Below, one piece after another: positions 9,802 through 19,727 of a stretch of DNA of 64,000 bases; the stretch's first letter is position 1, and each line of letters starts with the position of its first letter. This DNA comes from Candidatus Atabeyarchaeum deiterrae (GTDB lineage: Archaea > Asgardarchaeota > Atabeyarchaeia > Atabeyarchaeales > Atabeyarchaeaceae), in assembly GCA_037310415.1 (NCBI GenBank), contig CP147780.1, positions 1,120,001 through 1,184,000 of the forward strand, in the 5' to 3' direction. The position numbers and the translations under genes were made by a program. The notes under the pieces are model-generated. The model had not been told where the DNA came from and searched no databases. It worked only from the letters and a program-made list of their open reading frames with translations.

Positions 9802-10473
9802 ATGCGGAAGCTCGTGGCAGGAATAGATGAAGCAGGCAGAGGTCCAGTATTGGGTCCACTGGTCTTGGCAGGTGTCCTCATCGAAGAGGAGAAAACTGAG
9901 GATCTTGTCAGAATCGGCGTGAAAGACTCGAAGCTGCTCACGCCAAAGCGAAGAGTGGATCTCTCAAGAATAATCGAAGGCTTGGCATTGAAGCTTCTCC
10001 AAGTGGAAATTTCTCCCGAACAAATCGATAACAGGATCAAACGAGGGATCAGCCTAAACAGGCTTGAGGCTGAGAAAATCGCATCCTTGATCAACAGACT
10101 CTGTCCAGACAAGGTCTACATCGATTGCCCTGACACGAACCCCGATCGATTCGCTCAATGGTTAAGGAACCATGTAAAACCAAAAAGGATTGAGATACTC
10201 GCGATGCATCATGCCGACGAGAACATACCCGTAGTGTCAGCCGCCTCAATAATGGCAAAGGTTAGAAGAGATCAACGAATCAGAGAACTGAAGGAAAAAC
10301 TGGGAGAGATAGGAAGCGGATACACAAGCGATGGAAAAACGCGGCAATACATAGCGCATATTCTTAGGGAAAATGACTCATCAGATAATATGCCGAACTT
10401 TGTAAGAAAGACTTGGAAAACCATAAAAAACATCAGAAGCTCTATTAATAGTAGTAATGATGATTCAACCTAA
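9802..10473 (+). CDS. rnhB: Ribonuclease HII
   Basis: GIDEAGRGPVLGP, VKDSK, VSAASIMAKV, GSGY. Confidence 0.96.
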   Translation: MRKLVAGIDEAGRGPVLGPLVLAGVLIEEEKTEDLVRIGVKDSKLLTPKRRVDLSRIIEGLALKLLQVEISPEQIDNRIKRGISLNRLEAEKIASLINRLCPDKVYIDCPDTNPDRFAQWLRNHVKPKRIEILAMHHADENIPVVSAASIMAKVRRDQRIRELKEKLGEIGSGYTSDGKTRQYIAHILRENDSSDNMPNFVRKTWKTIKNIRSSINSSNDDST

Positions 10474-10494
10474 TTAGAGAGTCGGTCGGAAGAT

Positions 10495-12156
10495 TTGAGC
10501 TTAGCTGAACTCACCAAGTTGCTGGAAGTCGGGGAGAACAGGCGCATTGAATTCAAGAGGCAACTAACATCGAATGATTTGGTGAATGAGGCGAGGAAGC
10601 AGAAACTCATTGCCCAACTGAAGTACATCACAGCTGAAGATGAAGGCATATTCTTAGTTGGGGTTGAGGACTTTCATGGAGAATCGTGGAAAGTTCATGG
10701 ATTAACGCAGAGTGAAATTTCCACAGCCGAAGAGGTCCTTAACATTCTGTGCAAGGAAGCCGCACTTGAGATCGCAGAAAAGGAGTTTTTCAAGACAAAA
10801 GATGGGCTTGTAGAAAAGTTCATTCTAGTCAAGAGACCGATTTTCGCAGAGTCACAAGAAACCATAGGGATCAATATTGCCGGTAGAGTCAACGCTGGCA
10901 AGAGTACTCTGATTGGAGTGTTAACTGGGGGAGAACTCGACGATGGAAGAGGCAGCGCTCGATCATCACTACTCAAGCACCCTCAGGAGATTGAAGGCGG
11001 CCAGACAACTGACCTTCACGTGACTTTTCTTGGGTTCAACAGTAAGGACGAGCCAATTCTGAGAAAGAGGCCTACAGACATCGAGGAAATTGCCAGAATA
11101 CTGGAACAATCCAAGAGACTTGTGGTGTTCTACGACGCCCCGGGTCACTCAATCTATGTTAAGACAATGATACGCAGCATATTAGGCGCTGATGCTCAAT
11201 TCGCGATGGTACTGATACCAGCGTTGGACGAATACGAGCTAATACTGAGCGAGGAACTTAAGACCAAATTGACTAGGTTAGATGACAATACCCGCGAACA
11301 CCTGCTTCTGCTTGCCGGTCAATGCATACCCTTCATGATTGTTATCTCGAGAGGGGACCTAGCAACTGGCGAACAAAAAGAGAAAGTAATCCAAGTCACT
11401 AAGGATACATTGAAGTCAATGGGGCGCGTTCCTCTCCTAGTGAAGGATGACGTTGGTCTTGAAGTTGCTTGCAGGGAGATGTCTCGAAACATACTTGTTC
11501 CCGTATTAGAAGTTAGTGCTGTCACAGGAGAAGGAATAGACGAATTGCGCAAGACGTTAAGCATGCTGCCTACGAGGATCTCGGATGAAGTATTCTCAAG
11601 GCCAGCACTTGCATACATTGACAAGATCTATCGCGGAATTAGAGGAACAAATGTAGTTGTGACAGGTTCAGTTAGACAGGGCATATTCAAGCCAGGGCAA
11701 AAGGTAAAGGTTGGGCCCGATACTCAGGGGAAGTTTGTTGAGGGAAGAATAGCTACCGTAGAGATCTTCAAAAGCAGGGTTCAACGCGTCAAAGCAGGAG
11801 ACAGCTTTGGTTTTGACATAAAGAGGGTCAGTCCAGCCGCTGTTCGAAGAGGCCAAGTCATAAGCGACATCGACGCCGATCTTAATGCCAAGTGGTGCTT
11901 TGAAGCGGATGTACTAGTCACGAGACATCCCACAAGAATAGCCGAAGGATACTCGCCTGTGCTGCAATGTAACACAATCCACCAGACAGTTATTTTCGAG
12001 AGAATATATGACAAGAGATATCTGGTTGTTGGAGACGCCGCAAAAGTCCGCTTGCGTTTCACCAGACGACCCGAGTATTTAATTTCAGGAGATAGGATCG
12101 TTACAAGAGAAGCGAGTACAAGGACTATTGGTACAATTACCAAAATAGTCGAGTAG
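10495..12156 (+). CDS. GTPBP1/2-like translational GTPase with N-terminal AlbA/Schlafen-like domain
   Basis: GENRRIEFK; G1 GRVNAGKST; DDGRG..R; G3 DAPGH; EF-Tu domains II and III. Confidence 0.9.
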   Translation: MSLAELTKLLEVGENRRIEFKRQLTSNDLVNEARKQKLIAQLKYITAEDEGIFLVGVEDFHGESWKVHGLTQSEISTAEEVLNILCKEAALEIAEKEFFKTKDGLVEKFILVKRPIFAESQETIGINIAGRVNAGKSTLIGVLTGGELDDGRGSARSSLLKHPQEIEGGQTTDLHVTFLGFNSKDEPILRKRPTDIEEIARILEQSKRLVVFYDAPGHSIYVKTMIRSILGADAQFAMVLIPALDEYELILSEELKTKLTRLDDNTREHLLLLAGQCIPFMIVISRGDLATGEQKEKVIQVTKDTLKSMGRVPLLVKDDVGLEVACREMSRNILVPVLEVSAVTGEGIDELRKTLSMLPTRISDEVFSRPALAYIDKIYRGIRGTNVVVTGSVRQGIFKPGQKVKVGPDTQGKFVEGRIATVEIFKSRVQRVKAGDSFGFDIKRVSPAAVRRGQVISDIDADLNAKWCFEADVLVTRHPTRIAEGYSPVLQCNTIHQTVIFERIYDKRYLVVGDAAKVRLRFTRRPEYLISGDRIVTREASTRTIGTITKIVE

Positions 12157-12192
12157 CATTATCACAAGATCAACAGGGAGGCAGATGAATTA

Positions 12193-12474
12193 ATGGTGTA
12201 CTACGAAGCATGGCTGGGAACAAGAAAGGTCAAAGCTGACGACGGAGAGCACAGAGAATACAGAGTGGAAATCGCCACCCCGGCTGAGAAAGCAGCCCCG
12301 CCGGACTACGAGCCCCTAGATCAAAAAACAGAGAAAGATGGCAAAAAAGTATACATTTCAAAATGGTTGCAGACAATTGAATCAGCAAGAAATGAGTTAA
12401 TGAGCGTTACTAGACTCATTGAAAGCAAAGCCTGCAAAATAGTCGTTTTTTTTGAAATCAGAGGACCATGCTGA
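12193..12474 (+). CDS. Hypothetical protein
   Basis: 93-aa ORF with GGGAGG RBS, follows the GTPase gene. Confidence 0.7.
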   Translation: MVYYEAWLGTRKVKADDGEHREYRVEIATPAEKAAPPDYEPLDQKTEKDGKKVYISKWLQTIESARNELMSVTRLIESKACKIVVFFEIRGPC

Positions 12475-12507
12475 AGGTAATGGCCGAAGCAGTCTTTCAG
12501 AGAAACA

Positions 12508-13110
12508 TTACCAGCTCCACCAGTCTTCTACTCTTTCACCATCAGTTCTTCTCACTTTTCTCACTCTTGACCTCGAGACAGGTCTGCGCCGCATTCTCCA
12601 ATTTCGCCAACGTTTCCAACTTTTCCAAGCTGTTTTGACATATTTCTCTCTATTTGTGAGGTCCTCATGGATCCATCTTAGTTGAGCATAAAACCTGTCT
12701 CTGCAAGGTTCAAGTGGAACTGAACCCTCTTCAACCCCCATCTTCTCAAGTCTATCAACGAAGGCAGCCTCAACTTTCACCTGCAATTCACCAACTATCT
12801 TTGCTGGTGTGACCTTATAACCCTCATCTGCTAGCGTCTTCCTAACCTTTTCCAACACAGGCGCCGTGCATATTCGGATCTCTTCGCTCTTTTTGGTTTT
12901 CAGCTCTTTAAGTGCTTCGTGTGCGAGTTTCGCTGCCTCGTCCAAATAGAGTTTTTCGGCGAAAAACGGTTTGTGGAAGAACTTCACATCTATGACCTTG
13001 ACCAGAAACGCACTGTCTTCCACCCTGAGAAAACCGAGCACGACTCCATCCAACAAGTCCCCCCATCCAGCGTCATCTACCTCCAGCAAGTTACCGTCCA
13101 CCACTAACAA
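12508..13110 (-). CDS. Uncharacterised RNase H-like fold protein
   Basis: EVDDAGWG...GVVLG resembles the DEAGRG motif of RNase HII; Arg/Trp-rich tail. Confidence 0.6.
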   Translation of the reverse strand: MLVVDGNLLEVDDAGWGDLLDGVVLGFLRVEDSAFLVKVIDVKFFHKPFFAEKLYLDEAAKLAHEALKELKTKKSEEIRICTAPVLEKVRKTLADEGYKVTPAKIVGELQVKVEAAFVDRLEKMGVEEGSVPLEPCRDRFYAQLRWIHEDLTNREKYVKTAWKSWKRWRNWRMRRRPVSRSRVRKVRRTDGERVEDWWSW

Positions 13111-13305
13111 CTAACTAATGATACCATAAATCAATGCTACATGACACATAACCCAAAATCATGAACGTACCATGATACTGTCCTGATAGCTACGAGACCA
13201 AAAAAATAAGTAAAGGGGTTACCGGTCAAAAACAATTCACACAGTATCCCTTTTCCTTACAATCTGCGTAGAGTTTCTCTCACAAATCGTCAACGATTGG
13301 AGAGC

Positions 13306-13638
13306 TTACTCAATCTCTTCAGTCTCGGTTTCCTCGGATTGCTCTTCTTCTCCTTCTTCGCCTGATGCTTTTCCAGCACCTACTGGTTCGGCGATAGCGA
13401 AACGCGCTCCGACTCTGGTGATCTTAGCCTTCAGCTTCTGACCGGGCTTTGCACCTGGAATGAAGACTACCAGACCCTCAAACTTTGCAACACCCTCGCC
13501 ACGCTTGCTTGTGTCAGTGACTTCGAGATCGTAGATCTTTCCAACTTCGACTGGCTTAGGAGCAAAGGATCTTCGTGGACCGCCACCACCGTAGCCGCCA
13601 CCACCGTGGAAACCACTGCCGCCTCTTCTGTACGACAT
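13306..13638 (-). CDS. Single TRAM-domain RNA-binding protein (archaeal cold-shock/RNA chaperone type)
   Basis: PKPVEVGKIYDLEV...GEGVAKFEGLVVFIPGAKPG; Gly-rich N-terminus, acidic C-terminus. Confidence 0.92.
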   Translation of the reverse strand: MSYRRGGSGFHGGGGYGGGGPRRSFAPKPVEVGKIYDLEVTDTSKRGEGVAKFEGLVVFIPGAKPGQKLKAKITRVGARFAIAEPVGAGKASGEEGEEEQSEETETEEIE

Positions 13639-13673
13639 TTTCTTCTTCACACCTTACTTGCTTTAGTTCATTA

Positions 13674-13772
13674 TGCTGCAGAAGACACCTTCTTCTCAAA
13701 AAGAGCCTCAAAAAACCTCCGCAGTTTACCGCAAAGTTTCCGAGCCTTCCTGGAAAAAGAATACCTTCAGCA
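13674..13772 (-). promoter_or_regulatory. Long G.U-rich hairpin in the probable 5' leader of the TRAM gene
   Basis: Minus-strand arms UGCUG/CAGCA, AAGGUAU/GUGUCUU, UCUUUUU/GAGAAGA, CUCGGAAA/UUUUUGAG, CUUUGCGG/CUGCGGAG; TATA-like CTTAAATA at about 13800-13807. Confidence 0.55.
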
Positions 13773-13860
13773 ACTGTAGCCCTTAGAGAAGGTTACCGAT
13801 ATTTAAGCATATCTGCCAATATTTCGAAACACTACATGAGAAGAAATTCGGAAACTCCTG

Positions 13861-14715
13861 TTACGCCATCTGCCTCCTTCTAATCAGAAGAGCACTCACG
13901 ATCAGGCTCACAACTAAATAGAACAGTATTATGATGATTCCTTCTTCCACTGTCGGCGTGAATGTCGTAATATTCAGATAAATGCCTGCGGCTCCTATGG
14001 GATACGTTACTTGATGTGCGGGATACGGATTCATTAGAATGTCTGTAATTATGTCCGAACCGTAGTTGAGGAACATGAATGGTTCGATTCCTCCAAACAT
14101 CATCATCGCCATTATTATCGGAAACCCAAAGAACAGAAGTATGAACGGAAGCACCGACGCGCCCATGGCACCTTTAAACAATGAGCTGAATACGAGAGTC
14201 AGCGCAACAACGCTGCAAACATATAGCAGTGAAAAGAGATAAGAGACAATGAGCTGAACTGGTAGCTCGCCGTACATGATCGCAACCCCAACAGATATGA
14301 TAAGATACGGCATTGAGATTACGAGAGCGGCCGCGATGCAACAAGACACATACTTACCTATCAGTAAAGTAAACCTCTTGATCGGATTAGGAAAGATCAA
14401 GTAACCAGTCTTCTGTTCAAATTCGCTTGACACTGAATCTCCTGAGAACGCGACCGCGGCAATCAACCCAAAGAGAGAAACCTCGCCCATCCCGACTGCA
14501 TATTGACTAAAACCTAGGGCGTTCATCGTACCGATCATGGGCACCGTGGGAAGCAAGACCGCGCCAATCACCATTGCCACGGCTGTAATCGCTGAACCTA
14601 GAAACAGGAGACCAGTAAGTCGGCGACGTCTAACCTGCTTCAGCGTCTCATATCTCACCACTATGGGTAACTTCGAGATCTCTTCCCTGAAATTTATCGG
14701 CACCTTTAGTTTCAC
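13861..14715 (-). CDS. ABC-2 type transporter permease
   Basis: Six TMs; DSVSSEFEQKTGYLIFPNPIKR...GK motif. Confidence 0.88.
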   Translation of the reverse strand: MKLKVPINFREEISKLPIVVRYETLKQVRRRRLTGLLFLGSAITAVAMVIGAVLLPTVPMIGTMNALGFSQYAVGMGEVSLFGLIAAVAFSGDSVSSEFEQKTGYLIFPNPIKRFTLLIGKYVSCCIAAALVISMPYLIISVGVAIMYGELPVQLIVSYLFSLLYVCSVVALTLVFSSLFKGAMGASVLPFILLFFGFPIIMAMMMFGGIEPFMFLNYGSDIITDILMNPYPAHQVTYPIGAAGIYLNITTFTPTVEEGIIIILFYLVVSLIVSALLIRRRQMA

Positions 14716-15662
14716 TCCTTGACGATCCGCATGTATACTTCCTCTAGTGATCCTAACGCCGGTCTAAATGACGCAATTTTGACCCCCATTTCTACGAGTT
14801 CCTCGAGGATTTTTGCTTGCATCTCCTTGCCACCCTTAAAATCTATGAACATGAGGTTCCCCGATGCAGTGACTTTCTTGACACCCTGAATCCTCTCTAT
14901 AGACTCCAGCTTACCTGTTTCAAGTGGCATGAGAACCTCAACTTGGATTCTCTCAGAGGCGAAGACATTTTCAAGCTTGTCAAGGGAGTCGAAAGCTAGA
15001 AGTTTTCCTCTGTCTATGAGAGCAACCTTGTCACAAGTTTCGTTAATCTCGAAGAGGAGATGAGAAGCTATGAAGATAGTCTTCTCGCGTTTCAATTCCT
15101 TGATGAGTTCTCTCATCTCAGACATTCCGCGCGGATCTAAGCCCAAGTTTGGCTCATCCAGAATAAGTATAGGAGGGTCATGAAGAATAGCTTGCGCAAT
15201 AGCTAGCCTCTGCTTCATTCCCTTAGAGAACTTACCCACCCTTACATTAGCCCACTCAGTAAGTTTGACTTTGATCAATGACTGCTTTATAGCTTTTGGC
15301 AGATCGGATTTGCCCATCCCTCTCAATCGGCCCAAATAAGACAATGTTTCGACTGGCGTGAGAAATGGATAAAACTCCGGGGTCTCAATCATTGCACCGA
15401 CGTTCTTTAGCGCCCTGGAACTCTCTTTGATTGCGTCGATGCCATTGATGTAGGCACGTCCACGCGTCGGCTTTATGATGTTGCAGAAGATCTTCATGGT
15501 AGTAGTCTTACCAGCACCATTCGGTCCCAGTAACCCAACAGATTCTCCCTTAGCGATCTTCAAGTTAAGGTCTTCAAGGCCCTTAATTATGCCATAAAAT
15601 TTCGTAAGCCCTTCTGCAACTAACGCTTCATTTGGCACTTGGTTCCTCACTCCCTGCACCAA
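14712..15662 (-). CDS. ABC transporter ATP-binding protein
   Basis: GPNGAGKTT, FSKGMKQR, ILDEP. Confidence 0.95.
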   Translation of the reverse strand: MVQGVRNQVPNEALVAEGLTKFYGIIKGLEDLNLKIAKGESVGLLGPNGAGKTTTMKIFCNIIKPTRGRAYINGIDAIKESSRALKNVGAMIETPEFYPFLTPVETLSYLGRLRGMGKSDLPKAIKQSLIKVKLTEWANVRVGKFSKGMKQRLAIAQAILHDPPILILDEPNLGLDPRGMSEMRELIKELKREKTIFIASHLLFEINETCDKVALIDRGKLLAFDSLDKLENVFASERIQVEVLMPLETGKLESIERIQGVKKVTASGNLMFIDFKGGKEMQAKILEELVEMGVKIASFRPALGSLEEVYMRIVKE

Positions 15663-15958
15663 TAAGGGGTCTGTCTTTGAGGTTGTGCTCCAAACAGATC
15701 TTCACTGTATCAGTTGATTTCCAAGAGAGATGCCATTGGCATATAAGCATTACGATTATGGTAATCGATTACAAACCTCGATGAAGCGTTTTTGGACTGG
15801 TTCGTTCCGAATGACAACAACGTAGTATAGAAAACGTCCTCCTGTTCGTAAAGAAATACCCACGGAAACTTGGGACTATGATGCCCGTGTCATCTGAGAA
15901 GAAAAAGGATTTAAAAAAAGGAAGTCTGTCGATGAAAAATCTAGTCTGTCTTTCAAGA

Positions 15959-16384
15959 TTACTCTGTTGGGACAAAGACGTATTTCATCCCGATTTCTGG
16001 TGACTCGACAAACTCCACCTTCAACTTCATTCCAACTTTGACTTCTTCGGGCTTAATGTCCTTCAACCATGTCATTAATGCAGGCCCTTCGCTTAACTTC
16101 ACGATGCCAATGATGTAGGTGCCATATTTGGAGAAGCTTTCTGGAGGGGTCGTGTTCACCGTGTAGGTGACAAGTTCACCCTCGCCCCCATATGTTACCC
16201 ACTCCATGTCCTCATTAAGATCCTTGGGGCAGTCTACCCGTGGAGGGAAGTAGTTTGTTCCACACTTGCCACACTTTGTACCCATAAGCTTATTTCGTCT
16301 CAAACCTTCGAAGAATTTGCCAGCTTTCGTTTGGAATGGTTGAGTAGGTTGTTGCCCTGCAGCTTGCGCTTTAGATGATGACAT
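15959..16384 (-). CDS. DUF35 Zn-ribbon/OB-fold thiolase partner
   Basis: KCGKCG..YFPPR.DC, GELVTYT; adjacent to thiolase. Confidence 0.92.
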   Translation of the reverse strand: MSSSKAQAAGQQPTQPFQTKAGKFFEGLRRNKLMGTKCGKCGTNYFPPRVDCPKDLNEDMEWVTYGGEGELVTYTVNTTPPESFSKYGTYIIGIVKLSEGPALMTWLKDIKPEEVKVGMKLKVEFVESPEIGMKYVFVPTE

Positions 16385-16398
16385 TTTTTCTTTTCACC

Positions 16399-17586
16399 TC
16401 ACCTTGTGTAGATATGCACATAGGCATACTGTCCTGTTGCCCCAACATTGTGGGTCAGTCCCATTTCAGCCTTCGGAACTTGTCTTCCTTGATCGGCTTC
16501 TCCACGGAGTTGTTTAGTGATCTCGCCAGCCATGCTTACACCTGTTGCGCCGATTGGATGTCCCTTTGCTTTGAGCCCGCCATCAACGTTAGTTGGTATT
16601 CTTCCGCCTACGTAGCATTGGTCTTCTTCCACCAGTTTTCCACCTTCGCCTTTCTTCGCAAACCCAAGATCTTCTAGCGCCATAATCTCGGCTATTGTAA
16701 AGCAATCGTGAACATCTGCTACGTTGATGTCCTTTAACTCAGCCTTGGCCATCTTGAAAGCTTGTCTTCCAGCTTCTACAGCGGAATTGACTCCGACGTA
16801 ACTTGGCTTAGCGGCAAAGTATTCACCCTCACTTGCACATCCAAGACCGGTTAGCCACACTGGTGTATCAGATATCTTCTTGGCCATGTCGGCTGAAGCC
16901 ATGATAACAGCGGCAGCTCCATCAGTAATCAAAGAACAATCGTAGAGTTTCAGAGGAGACGCTATCACTCTGGACTTCATGACTTCATCGAGTGTGACAG
17001 CTTTCTGCATGTGAGCGTATGGATTCATGGCGCCGTACTTGTGGCTTTTGACGGCAACTTTCGCCATTTGTTCCTCAGTTGTTCCGAATTGATTCATGTG
17101 TCTTGTCGCCATGAGAGCGTAGTATGATGGGAACGTCGTGCCCCAAAAGGCAAACTCCCATTGAGCATCTCCGCCTCGTCCGAGAGCCTCGACAGCCTTA
17201 CCTGTTGGCACTTCATTCATCTTCTCGTAACCCAGCACCATGACTACGTCAGCCATACCTGAAACGATGGTTGTATAAGCGACCCTGATTGCAGCACTGC
17301 CAGTTGCACATGCAGCCTCGACTCTCATCGACCCCTGTGGATTCAACCCAACATAGTCAGCGGCTGGAGCACCAGGGGCAAGTTGACCCAGCAAAAGCTC
17401 GGCGCCAGCGACTCCTATCACTGAGTACTGAATGTCCTTCGGCGTTAATCCACTGTCATCGAAAGCTTTCTTGGTTGCCTCGAAGCAAAGTTCACGGGAT
17501 GAAGCATCCATTCTCCTACCGAACTTCGATTGACCAACACCGACAATTGCGACCTTCTTTTCACCTTTAGCCAATACTTGGTTCAC
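16399..17586 (-). CDS. Acetyl-CoA acetyltransferase (archaeal/SCP2-type thiolase)
   Basis: EAACATG, HDCF, GHPIGATG, HNVG. Confidence 0.95.
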   Translation of the reverse strand: MNQVLAKGEKKVAIVGVGQSKFGRRMDASSRELCFEATKKAFDDSGLTPKDIQYSVIGVAGAELLLGQLAPGAPAADYVGLNPQGSMRVEAACATGSAAIRVAYTTIVSGMADVVMVLGYEKMNEVPTGKAVEALGRGGDAQWEFAFWGTTFPSYYALMATRHMNQFGTTEEQMAKVAVKSHKYGAMNPYAHMQKAVTLDEVMKSRVIASPLKLYDCSLITDGAAAVIMASADMAKKISDTPVWLTGLGCASEGEYFAAKPSYVGVNSAVEAGRQAFKMAKAELKDINVADVHDCFTIAEIMALEDLGFAKKGEGGKLVEEDQCYVGGRIPTNVDGGLKAKGHPIGATGVSMAGEITKQLRGEADQGRQVPKAEMGLTHNVGATGQYAYVHIYTR

Positions 17587-17916
17587 CTACCACAAAGATT
17601 TCATACTGCTAGAGGAGAACCAGAACCCACGTATATATTTCTTGATATTTCGAAAAGAGCAGAATCGATCAGCTATTCAGAAGATGATTGACCTATGACC
17701 CTCTGTCATTTCTTGTCTCTTCAGCGCGAAATTCTTCTTCCAACCACGTTTCTTCACCATATCAACATTCTGACCGCACGAAAAAATGCACTTAGAAGGC
17801 TCGAGCCTGCCCGTCAAGACTTAAATACAGATACAACGCTCTAAGTTTCAATTGGAATGGAAGGCACATACCGATACTAAGTCAGATTGCTGAATGGTAA
17901 GTTGGTGAATATAGTT

Positions 17917-18786
17917 ATGAAAGCTAATGAGGTTAGGAAGGTTGCCGTTCTTGGCGCTGGTCTAATGGGCGCTGGCATTGTCGAAGTGTGCGCCCAATCT
18001 AGGATCAACGTGTCTATGCGGGATATTAAGGATGAGTTTATTGAAAAAGGATTCAAAGGAATTAAGGACTTCTTGGAGAAAGGAGTGGCAAAAGGAAAGA
18101 TAAAGCGCGAGGAAGCTGATGGCACAATCTCAAGAATAGAAACAACGATTGATATTGCCAAAGCCGTCAGCGGTGCAGATGTCGTCATTGAGGCAATCCC
18201 AGAAGAAATGAAACTGAAAAAGGAAGTCTACAAAGAAGTATCGAAGTATACATCTGAAAATACAATAGTGGCTTCCAACACGTCGACACTCAGTGTGTCG
18301 GAGATGGCTACTGCTGTTAATCATCCAGAGAACTTCCTCGGATTGCACTTCTTTAATCCTGCGCCTTTGATGAGGCTAGTCGAAGTCATCAGGGGAAAGA
18401 AGACCGTGGATGAGACGGTAACATTCGGAAAGGAGTTTGCAGCAAGACTCGGAAAGACACCTGTGGTCTGTATTGACAGTCCTGGCTTCATCGCGAACAG
18501 GATCGCCATACCTTTAATGAACGAAGCTATCATAGCATTGGACGAGGGAATAGCAACAAAGGAAGATATTGACACAGCCATGAAGCTCGGATACAACCAT
18601 CCGATGGGTCCATTTGAACTAGCGGATCTGATTGGCTTGGACACGCTTCTGCACTCGATGAAAGCTGTCAATGACAGATTGAGGTCGCCACGATGGAAAC
18701 CAGCGGCGTTACTTGAGAAAATGGTGAAAGAAGGGAGACTGGGGCGCAAGACCGGTAAAGGATTCTACGATTATCAGCAAAAATAG
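17917..18786 (+). CDS. 3-hydroxyacyl-CoA dehydrogenase
   Basis: GAGLMG, SNTS, HFFNP, PMGPFELADLIGLD. Confidence 0.95.
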   Translation: MKANEVRKVAVLGAGLMGAGIVEVCAQSRINVSMRDIKDEFIEKGFKGIKDFLEKGVAKGKIKREEADGTISRIETTIDIAKAVSGADVVIEAIPEEMKLKKEVYKEVSKYTSENTIVASNTSTLSVSEMATAVNHPENFLGLHFFNPAPLMRLVEVIRGKKTVDETVTFGKEFAARLGKTPVVCIDSPGFIANRIAIPLMNEAIIALDEGIATKEDIDTAMKLGYNHPMGPFELADLIGLDTLLHSMKAVNDRLRSPRWKPAALLEKMVKEGRLGRKTGKGFYDYQQK

Positions 18787-18822
18787 ACAATGAAGGTCCA
18801 AAAAAGAAAAGGGAGGTTTGAT

Positions 18823-19623
18823 TTGAGATTGTCCTCGAAAACCTACAGCAACATACTCTTCGAGAAGAAGGAAGGCATTGCCAGACTAACAGTCAATAGA
18901 CCTAACGTCTACAACGCCTTAAACCCTGACACTATGAAAGAGATCGCGGACGCCATTGCTGATGTTGGGAAGGATAACTCTGTGAATGTTCTCGTAATCA
19001 CTGGCGCAGGGGAGAAAGCATTCATTGCTGGCGCTGACATAAGCACATTCCCAACTCTCACTCCGAAGCAAGCAAGATCCTTTGCCAAGTTAGGGCAGCT
19101 AGAGATTACTAGAGCGTTGGAATCACTTGGCAAACCCGTGATAGCAGCTGTCAATGGCGTGGCAATGGGGGGAGGATGCGAAATCGTCCTAGCATGTGAT
19201 TTCGTAATAGCGTCAGAGAATGCGAAATTTGGACAACCTGAAATAAACTTGGCCATCCTGCCAGGGTGGGGAGGAACCCAAAGACTGCCAAGGGTCGTCG
19301 GAACGTTCAAAGCCAAAGAACTGTGCATGCTTGGTGAACCAATCGACGCCAAAGAAGCAGAGAGAATCGGAATAGTGTACAAGGTTGTTCCATCAGCAAA
19401 GCTAAATGAAGTCGTGGACGAGTTAGCCAAAAAACTAATGGCCAAAAGTTCATTTGCATTGCGCCTAGCGAAACAGGCCGTGGATAAGGCACTTGATGTG
19501 GACATTGACACTGGACTAGCATTTGAAAGTGACCAGTTCGCAGCAGCATTTACGTCAGAAGACCATATCGAGGGAGCAAAGGCATTCCTGGAGAAGAGGA
19601 AGCCGACATTCAAAGGAAAGTAA
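18823..19623 (+). CDS. Enoyl-CoA hydratase (crotonase)
   Basis: [26 protein letters not shown]; TTG start chosen after GGAGG. Confidence 0.93.
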   Translation: MRLSSKTYSNILFEKKEGIARLTVNRPNVYNALNPDTMKEIADAIADVGKDNSVNVLVITGAGEKAFIAGADISTFPTLTPKQARSFAKLGQLEITRALESLGKPVIAAVNGVAMGGGCEIVLACDFVIASENAKFGQPEINLAILPGWGGTQRLPRVVGTFKAKELCMLGEPIDAKEAERIGIVYKVVPSAKLNEVVDELAKKLMAKSSFALRLAKQAVDKALDVDIDTGLAFESDQFAAAFTSEDHIEGAKAFLEKRKPTFKGK

Positions 19624-19727
19624 GAAGGGGAGCTGTACCGCAGACTAAGATAGGGTGATGAAATCACGCGATCCAGTTCCCTTTTCCTCTTTTAGAGCGA
19701 ACAAAGCAATTGAGGTGTGGTACCAAC

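Noticed and set aside
12463-12480. GGA CCA TGC TGA AGG TAA as a C-terminal Cys-Sec motif
   Set aside because: No recognisable SECIS, the convergent gene ends about 30 bp away, and there is no redox fold.
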